Below are positions 20,098 to 29,847 of a DNA stretch of 64,000 nt, in pieces; position 1 is the first letter of the stretch; each line of letters opens with the position of its first letter. The notes under the pieces are model-generated. The model was given only the letters and a program-made list of their open reading frames with translations. It made no database searches and had not been told where the DNA came from. The translations under genes were made by a program, and so were the position numbers. The stretch lies in sequence record KT895374.1; one strand, written 5' to 3'.

Positions 20098-20561
20098 ATG
20101 TTGGTAATTTATTAGATAAAGAAGATATTAAAGCGTTAACCGACTTTGTTCAAATTAAGAGGGATATTGCTACTTATTTTGATATGGAATTATTTACAGA
20201 TAAAATGAAAGAAATTATTGAAAAATCAGAAGTATTTGAATTTAGAAGTCGAAATGCTAAAAAATCAATTAATTCAAAATCTCCAGTCTTTATTTTAAAA
20301 ATTAAGGACAATAATATATATAATGAACTATTAAGTTATAGTGATACAAAAGAGCAGATTGACAAAGTTAATAAGATTATCTTTAAGGAAATTTTAGATA
20401 ATATGTCACGTTTTATCACAGAATGTATTATGGAAGAAGAAAAAACAAGTGAGTTGTTTGTTGATCTTCCTGATGATTTAAAAACCTTCTTTATTACAAA
20501 TATCTATTCTACTAAATCTAATATTGAAGGCAATAATATTCAAATCTCTTATTTTATTTAA
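20070..20561 (+). CDS. Hypothetical protein
   Basis: GTG start with SD GAGGAG. Confidence 0.7.
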   Translation: MGKNQGSTLDVGNLLDKEDIKALTDFVQIKRDIATYFDMELFTDKMKEIIEKSEVFEFRSRNAKKSINSKSPVFILKIKDNNIYNELLSYSDTKEQIDKVNKIIFKEILDNMSRFITECIMEEEKTSELFVDLPDDLKTFFITNIYSTKSNIEGNNIQISYFI

Positions 20562-20600
20562 ATATAATAGACCAATCAATTAAGATTGGTCTATTATATT
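20561..20600. terminator. Bidirectional terminator between convergent genes
   Basis: 17-bp perfect arms. Confidence 0.75.
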
Positions 20601-21417
20601 ATTTTTTATTGAAGAATCTTTTCATCCCTCTTTGGATTGAATCATTATTAAATTCTACTAATCTTAAAGTATTTAGTGTTTCAAGAATAGTATAATCTAA
20701 AACTGTTTCCCCTAAAGATCTCTCCATAACGTCTTCATTAACTGTTTCTACTTCTTCCTCTTTCATTGCCATTTTGATATTTTCAAGATGTAATGATCTG
20801 AAAAGAGTTTTATTATTGCTTAGTTTAACATTTTCCACTTCTTCATTAATATTTTCAGAAAATTCTTTCTCAAATTTAAAAGCTTCTAGTACTTTATCTG
20901 AAATAACTCCTGAAGCTAGGAAAATCATTTTCTTAGAATCTTCTTTAAATCCTTCATAATATTTTTCAGGTTCTAATCCCTCATTATCTTTAAAAGCTTC
21001 CTCAATATATAGGTTAGCCAGATCAATTACACTTGAAAAAGTAGAGGAATGATTTTTATTAAATAAATCATTTTCCATAATAAAATTAACTACATTTTCA
21101 GTTTGTTCATGAATATATTTTTCATTTAACGATTTTTCTTCATCATCAATAATCAGAGATTCAAGAACTAAATCTTTAATAAATCCATCAATTAACTTAT
21201 CAAAGCTTTCTTTATAAAATGTATTCTTTCTATTATTACTAAGTTTTTTATCTCTTTCTTTTGAAGTATACATCTTTGAGAAATAACTTTCTAGAAGAGT
21301 TTCTTTCTCTAATTCTTCACTTTCCTTTAAAACTTTATTCTCACGTTCTTTTTCTTGTAAAATATCAGAAACGTTATTATGGAAATCCTTTACTTTATCT
21401 AAATGGCGATCAGACAT
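20599..21417 (-). CDS. Hypothetical, putative head-associated protein
   Basis: 272 aa, SD GAGGT, late motif at 21447-21458. Confidence 0.65.
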   Translation of the reverse strand: MSDRHLDKVKDFHNNVSDILQEKERENKVLKESEELEKETLLESYFSKMYTSKERDKKLSNNRKNTFYKESFDKLIDGFIKDLVLESLIIDDEEKSLNEKYIHEQTENVVNFIMENDLFNKNHSSTFSSVIDLANLYIEEAFKDNEGLEPEKYYEGFKEDSKKMIFLASGVISDKVLEAFKFEKEFSENINEEVENVKLSNNKTLFRSLHLENIKMAMKEEEVETVNEDVMERSLGETVLDYTILETLNTLRLVEFNNDSIQRGMKRFFNKK

Positions 21418-21439
21418 ATTTATAGTACCTCTCTTCTTT

Positions 21440-24151
21440 TTAAATATAATTAATTGTTATAGCATAATCAAATGACTGTTCGATGATATATTCTTCATTT
21501 TCAAAATAAGAAAGATTTTTTCGAATATTTAAATATTCTGGCACATAATTAATAATCTCTTTCTTTGTCATATCCTCAAATGAACTATATTTATTTTCAA
21601 TTTTTTGCATATTTTTATTATTCACTGAATTTAATTCAATAAACCTAATAATCTCAAAATTTTCTTCTAGTCTTCTAAATAAGTTTGAAACAGGGAATAC
21701 ATTTTCTTTATTACAACTTTCAATAAAATCAGAAATATATTTTTTAATAGCCTTATCATCATCTGAACTAATAGCATTATTAACATAGATATTTAAATTC
21801 AGATCCAAATCTATTCTATCGATATTATTGAATTTATAACTATTAGTAGTGTTAATGTATTCTTTATTCCCATAATAGTTCATAGATTTACCATGAGTAT
21901 TGTAAAATTTAATATCAATATCTGTATTATTTTCTAATTTATCAATATTAGCACGAATACTACTACTAAACCCCTCAATAATTTCGTATATTGATTTATA
22001 GTTAGCTTGGAAATAAATATATTCAATTAAAGGTACTGACTTTAAAGTAAAACCATTCTCATTAGGGAATACATTGCTCTCTATAACATTAGAAAGATTT
22101 TCAAAGAGGCTAATCGGTCTAGATGTAGATAGCATACTAACGGTAGCAAATTCCTCCATATCAGGCATGTTAATAGAATCATTTACCCTTTCCTTACTAA
22201 ATTGATTTTTATACATAATATATAAATCAATATCAACATCACTATCAATAAGAGCATTCTTCACTGATGTAAATCCATTGTTATCTTTAATTGGTACTGA
22301 TGAAATAGAATATAGACTATTATAAATATTCATTTTATTATTTGTAATAGAATTAAATTTCTCAGTAGCTAAATAACCTTCATACAACATATCAGAATCT
22401 TCTAACTTATTTAAATCAAAATATCCATATTTTTCACCATTTTTAGATTTTAAAACTGCACGGATTTTTACGTTAGAATCAAAATCTTCTTCAATAACAT
22501 TTGTATTTAAACTAACTTGAAATTTATAAGTTTCATTATAAACATTATCTCGATTAACATTGAATGATGAAATATTAAATTGATAAGGTATTGATGGATT
22601 GATATATTTATAATTAATCTCTATATCTTCATCTTTATAAGTTTTATAGTAATAAGAAGATAGATAAGGATTTCTTTCAATCTTAATTAGATAAGGAATT
22701 GAATATACTAAATAATTTTCATTATTTAAATATTCTTTAGCTTCTAGTTTATGAAATGCAACAAAATAATTATTATTTTTAATATCATATATAATAGAAG
22801 AATTTTCATTAATAGTATAATTATTATTTTCTAATTCTTCTTTAGTAATCTTTAATTCGGGTATTGTTTTTGAAGGAATAACTTTATTATTTACATCTTT
22901 TAAAAGAATATAAGCATTAAAGAGTCTTTTTATAACATCATTTTGCTTTTTAATGAACTTAATACTACTATCATTGATCTTTTCTTTTTCATCAATATCA
23001 TTGAAGAATAAATTTAAATCTGATTCAGTAATTAAATTATCTCGATAAAGATAATTTTGAATTAATTTATTTTTAATTTCTTTTGGTTCTGGTTTATCTT
23101 TACCTCCAGAAGCGTCAGTAATAGGAGTTACCAAAACTGGAATTTTAGTCATTTCACTAGATTCTATATAACTTGTTGTGATATTACCCTCATATTTAAA
23201 ATTTCCTTCATTACCTAACGTGGTATAAATTTCAATTTCTAATGTAGAATTTATTCTAGGTCTAAAACTATTAGGTAAAGCTGAAAATGAAATTTCAATT
23301 TTATTATTATCAGTATATGAGTAATAATAAAATTTTTCCTCATCATCAGGATTAAAGGTATTATTGAAATATTTCTTAAGTAATACTTTTTCTCCTTCAT
23401 AATTATAATAGATATTAAAAAATGAAAGCTGACCTGTATAGTCTAAATTATAAAATAAATTTTCAGAAATATCCTCATTAGTAATAGTTAATGTAGTATC
23501 CTTTTTTTCCATTTGAAAAATATCTAGACTAAGAAATATATAACGTACTCCACCAACACTTGCTTCCCATAATTTAATATAAGGACTTTTAATATTAAAA
23601 AATGGAAAATCGCCAGATTCTGTCATATATCTTGCTACAACACTATATTCTCGGTTAACACTATTAGGTTTGAATAACATCTGTACAGGATAAGGTAATC
23701 TAAATTCATAATCACCAAGATTAAATACATAATTATCTTCAATTATAAATTCATATGAACTATCTGAATCAGATAAGTTATCGTTTGTAGATACTTTTCT
23801 AAATAATGAACTAGAAGTAATATCACTCTTTTTTAAACTAAAGTTAACTCTCATATGAGATGGTATAGCATTACTTACTTCTGTATTCTGAACTTTTGCA
23901 AAGTTATATATTGATTTTGGTATAGAAGCAGTATTTAAAAAATGTTCATCATAAATTGCATTTCTATGATAAACGTTATTTTTAATTTCATTAGACATGA
24001 TTTCATTATTGTATCCAAATAGACCAGTTTTTAAAAGACTTATATCTAATTCATTATTATCATCTACCTCAAAAAACTTTTTAGCAATTTCAAACCATTT
24101 ATCTTCAATACTATATGATGTATTATTTACTTTAATTATATTATTTTCCAT
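21440..24151 (-). CDS. Baseplate wedge protein (T4 gp6 / baseplate J-like)
   Basis: FLNTASIPKSIYNFAK, IYTTLGNEGN, ASGGKD and LITESD motifs. Confidence 0.75.
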   Translation of the reverse strand: MENNIIKVNNTSYSIEDKWFEIAKKFFEVDDNNELDISLLKTGLFGYNNEIMSNEIKNNVYHRNAIYDEHFLNTASIPKSIYNFAKVQNTEVSNAIPSHMRVNFSLKKSDITSSSLFRKVSTNDNLSDSDSSYEFIIEDNYVFNLGDYEFRLPYPVQMLFKPNSVNREYSVVARYMTESGDFPFFNIKSPYIKLWEASVGGVRYIFLSLDIFQMEKKDTTLTITNEDISENLFYNLDYTGQLSFFNIYYNYEGEKVLLKKYFNNTFNPDDEEKFYYYSYTDNNKIEISFSALPNSFRPRINSTLEIEIYTTLGNEGNFKYEGNITTSYIESSEMTKIPVLVTPITDASGGKDKPEPKEIKNKLIQNYLYRDNLITESDLNLFFNDIDEKEKINDSSIKFIKKQNDVIKRLFNAYILLKDVNNKVIPSKTIPELKITKEELENNNYTINENSSIIYDIKNNNYFVAFHKLEAKEYLNNENYLVYSIPYLIKIERNPYLSSYYYKTYKDEDIEINYKYINPSIPYQFNISSFNVNRDNVYNETYKFQVSLNTNVIEEDFDSNVKIRAVLKSKNGEKYGYFDLNKLEDSDMLYEGYLATEKFNSITNNKMNIYNSLYSISSVPIKDNNGFTSVKNALIDSDVDIDLYIMYKNQFSKERVNDSINMPDMEEFATVSMLSTSRPISLFENLSNVIESNVFPNENGFTLKSVPLIEYIYFQANYKSIYEIIEGFSSSIRANIDKLENNTDIDIKFYNTHGKSMNYYGNKEYINTTNSYKFNNIDRIDLDLNLNIYVNNAISSDDDKAIKKYISDFIESCNKENVFPVSNLFRRLEENFEIIRFIELNSVNNKNMQKIENKYSSFEDMTKKEIINYVPEYLNIRKNLSYFENEEYIIEQSFDYAITINYI

Positions 24152-24167
24152 TAAGAACTAATACCTC

Positions 24168-25106
24168 CTATTTAAAAAATTTTAGCCTAAACCTAGTCTT
24201 AGGATGAATTGATGATTGATCTAGAGGATCAGATTTCAATACTAAAACTTTAGAATTTTTTACATGTTGTTCTGTAAAATTAGCTGGTAATAAATCATTT
24301 GTGGTATAAGGTATGAATCCCCTATTAGGTTGCTTCTCACTATATCTCATAGCTTCAGAATCTAAAGATGAAACCTTGTTGAAATCCATTAGAATAGCAG
24401 GATCTAAATCTTCTTTATACGAATAAGCGTATTCTACAGTAAGTTCTGCAATATCATGACTACTATGGTTTCCTACTAATTGACTATATGGTACTGAAAT
24501 AGGATAAGCGCCTGTATATTTGGCATAGTATAATATAGTTTCCCCATCCATATCCAATTCAAAATAATATATGGAACTGACAAAATCTAGATACCTTTTG
24601 GTAATAGCATCTTCTGAAGCTGTAAAGTATCCTCTACGGACATGCTCTGTATATTCAACCCAAATTTTATGAAGTTTTACAATAGGCAAATGTTTATATT
24701 CCTCAAATGCTATCGTAACAGTATCACCCTGAAGACTATCAATAATAGATATTGGTAATGTCTGTTTGTTACCATAAAATGTTTCATTGACATCAATTGT
24801 TCTTGCCGCCAAATCTTTTCCGTCCATATCTTTAAATGAGTTAGTTAAGATTTTAATAAATGGACTAATCCCAGAGCCTAATGTTGTTAAACTTTTAAAT
24901 ATCTCAGGTTCTTTATTCTTCATATAAATCAAGAAGTTATCACGATTAACATTACTATCAATTAAGTTTAACTTAGGAGTTGTAATAAATATAAAAGGTA
25001 TGCCTTTTATATAGACATCATGATCTTGTACATTTCTCTTTTTAAAAACATCATATTCCTTTGTAATATCAATATGCTGATTTATAGTAAATGAATTGCT
25101 TGCCAA
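24168..25106 (-). CDS. Virion structural protein (tail-tube-like fold)
   Basis: YYAKYTGAYPISVPY...LTVEYAY pattern; late motif at 25132-25143. Confidence 0.55.
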   Translation of the reverse strand: MASNSFTINQHIDITKEYDVFKKRNVQDHDVYIKGIPFIFITTPKLNLIDSNVNRDNFLIYMKNKEPEIFKSLTTLGSGISPFIKILTNSFKDMDGKDLAARTIDVNETFYGNKQTLPISIIDSLQGDTVTIAFEEYKHLPIVKLHKIWVEYTEHVRRGYFTASEDAITKRYLDFVSSIYYFELDMDGETILYYAKYTGAYPISVPYSQLVGNHSSHDIAELTVEYAYSYKEDLDPAILMDFNKVSSLDSEAMRYSEKQPNRGFIPYTTNDLLPANFTEQHVKNSKVLVLKSDPLDQSSIHPKTRFRLKFFK

Positions 25107-25184
25107 TTAAATCACCACTTCTTTTAATTTATAATCTATTGTTTTACTTATAAAATTAACTCTTTTTTTAAATACATATTATAG

Positions 25185-25425
25185 AAATGTCGAAATAGTT
25201 TAAATAGCTAGTATATAGGACCTTTAATAAACAATATATTAGAGACTGTAACCGCCTTAAATGGTCTCTGACTATTCGACATTTAAAATGGAGGAGTTTG
25301 AACCTTGTTTAAGTTAGTTCGTATAATTGTAAGTCTAATTAACGGTTAGGAATATGAATTTTAAAACTGGGTGCTATATACTTAACGTCATTAGTAATTA
25401 ATTTTGCTAATGACAAGGCGGTTTA
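25185..25425 (+). ncRNA. Candidate highly structured, pseudoknotted ncRNA
   Basis: Five complementary blocks including two long-range pairings (see findings); locally GC-enriched; no credible ORF. Confidence 0.6.
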
Positions 25426-25436
25426 TTTTTTTTCTT

Positions 25437-25448
25437 AACATATCATTA
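25437..25448 (+). promoter_or_regulatory. Late-type promoter of the head-protein cluster
   Basis: AACA TATCAT TA. Confidence 0.6.
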
Positions 25449-25487
25449 AACTTAATCTAAGAATAAGAATGAGAGGGATTTGATATA

Positions 25488-26735
25488 ATGGATATTCAAG
25501 CTTTAACTAGTTTTATTTCAGCATTTGGAATTAAAGCTGGAAAAGACAATGACGGTGAAAAAATTTTAGGTTCTTTTTTAATGAATAGAGCTTCTTCAAG
25601 AACTGGCAGTATTAAATTTAGATCTAGAGATTTAATTGCCCAATATCCTGTTCTTGCTTCTGATAATATTAGTGCAAAAACATTACAGATTTTAAATAAA
25701 GGATTAGAAGTGGAATATGTAAACTTGCTTAGACTACTCATCCAAAATGATGGAGCTACTAATTTCTCTAATACTGGAGAATACTTATCAAGATTCCATC
25801 AAAATATTTCTAATCGTGTAGGATCAACAGATGAAGATAGAAAAGATTCCAATAATTATGAAAAAATGGTAAAAGAAGATGTTCAAATTGAATCAAAAAT
25901 TCATAGTATTTCAAATAGAGAATTACTAGAAAACTTTAATGAAAATTTAAATTTTCAATCTCTAAATGAGCTAACTATTAGTAGGGCACATCAGCAAGTA
26001 GTAGTCAATGAAGCAAAGAAAGATGAAAAACCTAAAAAATTTGATGATGAACCAAAAGTAAAATCCAATATTACATCATCTGAAGTTAAAAAAGCAAATG
26101 AGTTATCCCCTACAAATATTACCGTTACAATTGACTATAAAATTGATGGTGGTAGCAAATCAAAAGATATTATCTTTGGTGTAAAATGTGTAACTCATTT
26201 AATTGAATCTGCGGATGTAGAATACTATCTTCCTAATGCAGTAGTAAACAAAACACCTGTTATGAGATTTATTCAATGGACTAGTGGAGAAATTAAATTC
26301 TTTAGCGATCTCTTATTCTCTATTGATGAAATTAAGAAAACAGCTATCAAATCAAATAGTAAAGGTAATTTCTGGTGGAGAAAACTTCAGACATTATCTA
26401 AAATCTCTAAACATCGTTCTAGCTTACTTGGATTAGCTAAAGGTAAAAATATTAAACGACCTATCCCTACATCTACAATGATTATTAGTAAAGAAAATGT
26501 AGACAATATTAAATATAAACATGGTATTGATATTTTAGAGAAACCAAGTTTTGCGGCTAAAATCATTGATAACTTTTTCTTAATGAATTTCATTATTGTT
26601 GATGAGTCTATTGAAACAGTATATATGTATAATGACGAAACTAAGGATTTTTCAATTCTTTCTTTCAGAAGTTTTGAAAATTTCTCTAAGCAAAAAAATA
26701 TTGATATTAAAGACATCTATAGTCTTTTGAAATAA
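25488..26735 (+). CDS. Putative virion (head) structural protein
   Basis: 415 aa, late promoter, gene context; no catalytic motif. Confidence 0.55.
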   Translation: MDIQALTSFISAFGIKAGKDNDGEKILGSFLMNRASSRTGSIKFRSRDLIAQYPVLASDNISAKTLQILNKGLEVEYVNLLRLLIQNDGATNFSNTGEYLSRFHQNISNRVGSTDEDRKDSNNYEKMVKEDVQIESKIHSISNRELLENFNENLNFQSLNELTISRAHQQVVVNEAKKDEKPKKFDDEPKVKSNITSSEVKKANELSPTNITVTIDYKIDGGSKSKDIIFGVKCVTHLIESADVEYYLPNAVVNKTPVMRFIQWTSGEIKFFSDLLFSIDEIKKTAIKSNSKGNFWWRKLQTLSKISKHRSSLLGLAKGKNIKRPIPTSTMIISKENVDNIKYKHGIDILEKPSFAAKIIDNFFLMNFIIVDESIETVYMYNDETKDFSILSFRSFENFSKQKNIDIKDIYSLLK

Positions 26736-26750
26736 GGAGGAAAAACTTTA

Positions 26751-27794
26751 ATGTCTAATGTTGAAGATAAATTTTTAACTAGTGTATTAATTAATGAAAA
26801 TTCTTCTTGGACTCAATATAGATTATCAGTATTGAGTGAAGAAAAGAAATCAGCAATGACTGATAAACTTGTTACTAAGCTTTTTAATGATGTTAAGACA
26901 AAATCTCTATCTGTTGATTTCACTCCTGTTAGTAAATCAAAAGGAGATATTACTAAAATTGATAACTTTAAAGCTTTAGAAGATGCAAGTACATTTCTTA
27001 ATCGAATTGTAACTACAGATCCAAATAAAATTAAAAATGTACCTGATCTTAAAATTGCGTCTAATGAAATCAACACAGCAATTGAAAACATTAAAAGAAA
27101 TAAAGAAGGCTTTAAACATGCCTTTGATTTTAATAATATTATTGGTATATTTATTTATAATAGTATTTCTGTTTCTCTTATTCAGGCTACTTCATTTGTA
27201 ATTGCAGAATCAGTAGAATATGCTAAAGGTAACTATGAAATGATGTTAAAAAAATCCAATAATATTTCTAAAAATAATCATTTAAAAGCTATTATGTCTT
27301 TTAATGAAATGGTTAAAAATAATCATCTTAAAAAAATCTTTAAAGATTTGCCATCTTCTAACCCTCTTAATGAAGGATTAGTGAGTGAAATAAAAGATGT
27401 ATATACTGATGTTAGTGGTCGAATTAAAAACCTTCCAGGATTTGTTAGAAAAACAATTGCTATTCTAGGTATTGCTGGATTTGCATTAACATTTGTTAGA
27501 GCTTCAGTTTATTTCTATTATGATAGTCGTGTGAGACTTTCTCAATATCTAAACTATCTTAAAGAATTTACTCTAATGAATGCATCTACTGTTGATCCTA
27601 ATGCTAAAAAAGTAATTGCTAGACAAGAAAAAATTGCTAAAAATCTTGAAAAGTTAGCAGATATTATTAGTGTAGATCAAAATGTGGCAAATAATAAATC
27701 AGCTAGTGAGATTGAAATTTCTAATAAAAATTTAGCAATTGAATCTCAAAAAAGTACAGATAGTGTAGATAATCTTGTAGGTAATTTATTCTAA
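26751..27794 (+). CDS. Putative virion (head) structural protein
   Basis: 347 aa, SD AAGGAGG, operon context. Confidence 0.55.
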   Translation: MSNVEDKFLTSVLINENSSWTQYRLSVLSEEKKSAMTDKLVTKLFNDVKTKSLSVDFTPVSKSKGDITKIDNFKALEDASTFLNRIVTTDPNKIKNVPDLKIASNEINTAIENIKRNKEGFKHAFDFNNIIGIFIYNSISVSLIQATSFVIAESVEYAKGNYEMMLKKSNNISKNNHLKAIMSFNEMVKNNHLKKIFKDLPSSNPLNEGLVSEIKDVYTDVSGRIKNLPGFVRKTIAILGIAGFALTFVRASVYFYYDSRVRLSQYLNYLKEFTLMNASTVDPNAKKVIARQEKIAKNLEKLADIISVDQNVANNKSASEIEISNKNLAIESQKSTDSVDNLVGNLF

Positions 27795-27849
27795 TTTAAA
27801 ACATTTTATTATAAGTTTTTAATCTTTATAAATTGAGAGGAGTAACACA

Positions 27850-28956
27850 ATGAAAAGTTTATTTTTTGAAGATACAGAATTAAAACATGATGAAGGTGTA
27901 GAGCTTCAAGAGGAAGAAGTATTATTTGTTGAGGACGTAACTGGTCTTATTTCAGCTACTCTTGAATCTGAAAGCAACTTCCATAATATTTATACTACAA
28001 CTCTTACTGAACAAGCTCAAGCTTTACATTTGGAAGATGAGGCGGCTATTCAATCCTCTAAAAAACAATATTTCGAAAAGATTATCAAATTCTTCCAAGA
28101 ATTGTGGAAAAAGTTTTCTAGTCTTATCCAAAACCTAGTTAATCGACTTACTTTAACTTATACAAATGGGGATAAATTCCTTAAATCAATTAAAGGTAAA
28201 ATCAATACTGCAACTCTTTCTTCTAAAGAAATGGAAGTATATAATTGGAAATTTAAAACAATGGCTAAAATTTCAGCAGGTTTCCCTAGAGCAATTGGTG
28301 CAGTATTAGCCAAATACGTTAATGAGTCTGCATCTACTGGTACTTCTTACACTGCTGATCAATTAGCACAGAAATTAGGATATGCTAGTCTTTCTGAGAT
28401 TGATACTAAAATTGTAGGCATGGCTAGAGACTCTAAAAAGAAAAAAGTTAAATTGGATACAACTATTGTTGGATTTGCTGAAGGTGATGTTGCTACAGCT
28501 AAAAACATGGTTAGTGTTATTAAAGATCTTTCAAGTTCTTCTAAGAAAGTAATTGAAGATGGTCTTAAATATGCAAAAGAAGGAATTTCAGCTTCTAAAG
28601 AAGATGGAAATAAAAAAGCAGCAGCTACATCAACTGCAAAATCGGCTACTTCTGTTATTAATAAAATTCTAAATGTTTATGTAAAACTTCAAAGTGAAAA
28701 ATTCTCTGAATCTTTAGCTATTCTTAAAAAAGCGGCTGGTTCTTCTAGTGCGCCTAAAGATGATGCAGTTAAAAAAGAAGATGAGGAAATCCTAGAAGAC
28801 ATTAACTTCGATGAAGAAGAAACTGAAACTCTTATTGAAGGTGAACAGGAAGAAGAAGTTGCGGAAACAGAAGAAAAATCTGATGAAGTTAAAAAAGAAG
28901 ATGAAGAGTATGTAATTGATTATGACCAATTACTCTTTGATGAAGACGATAAGTAA
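27850..28956 (+). CDS. Putative internal head protein
   Basis: Acidic termini, TLESES motif, EKIIKFFQELWKKF helix typical of jumbo-phage internal head paralogues; late motif at 27800-27811. Confidence 0.6.
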   Translation: MKSLFFEDTELKHDEGVELQEEEVLFVEDVTGLISATLESESNFHNIYTTTLTEQAQALHLEDEAAIQSSKKQYFEKIIKFFQELWKKFSSLIQNLVNRLTLTYTNGDKFLKSIKGKINTATLSSKEMEVYNWKFKTMAKISAGFPRAIGAVLAKYVNESASTGTSYTADQLAQKLGYASLSEIDTKIVGMARDSKKKKVKLDTTIVGFAEGDVATAKNMVSVIKDLSSSSKKVIEDGLKYAKEGISASKEDGNKKAAATSTAKSATSVINKILNVYVKLQSEKFSESLAILKKAAGSSSAPKDDAVKKEDEEILEDINFDEEETETLIEGEQEEEVAETEEKSDEVKKEDEEYVIDYDQLLFDEDDK

Positions 28957-29031
28957 TTAACTAAATAATAACCCATCATTATGTAATAATGATGGGTTAT
29001 ATTATTCTAATAAGAGAAGGAAGATGACGGA

Positions 29032-29808
29032 ATGCATGATGAATTAGACATTCAAATGATGTGTTTGGACGCTATTACAGAATCTGAAGTAAATTTAATT
29101 AATATTCAGATGTCTATTAAAGAAGATATAAAAGAAAAAATCTCTATAAATATAAATAAAATTGTTGAAAAAATTAAAGAGGTATTAAAAAAATTTATTT
29201 CCTTTTTTATGAATCTTTATAATAAAATTTATAGAGCAACAGAAGTCCATAAAAAATTTATTAGACAAAATAAAGATCAAATTTTAAAATTTGAAAAAGG
29301 TACATCAGAAATAAAAATCTCTATTGCAAGTGCAAAACCAGAATATATAGAATCTTACTTAAAAGAGAGTGAAGACGTTTTAAAGAAATGTGAAAAAATG
29401 ATTTATTTTAAATTTAATTCAAAGGAAGAAATGGCAAAAGCTTTTAGTGATATTACTTATAAAATGAAAAACTCTGCTGTAGGAAAATTAATTACAGAAT
29501 TAAACACTAGTAAAGTTCCAATTAATGTTACTAAGGATCATGTAATAAAAGCAGTAAATTTTATTGATAAGGAATTTCAGAATAATGAAAAAGATTTACT
29601 TCGTTATAAGGAACGTGCTAACGAGATCTCTAGTAAAATTATTGCTAGGGTAATAAGAGAAACAAATACTAGGGCTGCCCATGTTTATTCATTAATGGCA
29701 TTTCATAGTTATATTATTAATTTTATGTCAAAAGCTGTTTCTGATATGGTAAAATTAAACAATGTAATGTTAATGGATGCTCTAAGAATCTGTAAAACCC
29801 AATTATAA
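29032..29808 (+). CDS. Putative internal head protein (paralogue-like)
   Basis: ITESE plus KIVEKIKEVLKKFISFFMNL helix, similar to the preceding gene. Confidence 0.5.
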   Translation: MHDELDIQMMCLDAITESEVNLINIQMSIKEDIKEKISININKIVEKIKEVLKKFISFFMNLYNKIYRATEVHKKFIRQNKDQILKFEKGTSEIKISIASAKPEYIESYLKESEDVLKKCEKMIYFKFNSKEEMAKAFSDITYKMKNSAVGKLITELNTSKVPINVTKDHVIKAVNFIDKEFQNNEKDLLRYKERANEISSKIIARVIRETNTRAAHVYSLMAFHSYIINFMSKAVSDMVKLNNVMLMDALRICKTQL

Positions 29809-29812
29809 AATT

Positions 29813-29847
29813 AAAAAGAAAAGCATAATTATTATGCTTTTCTTTTT
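29813..29847. terminator. Bidirectional terminator
   Basis: AAAAAGAAAAGCATAAT / ATTATGCTTTTCTTTTT between convergent genes. Confidence 0.75.

Noticed and set aside
25288-25317. ATG GAG GAG / GGAGG-TTG mini-ORFs inside the candidate ncRNA
   Set aside because: Only 4-9 codons long and the ATG has no SD; a leader-peptide role cannot be excluded but is unsupported.
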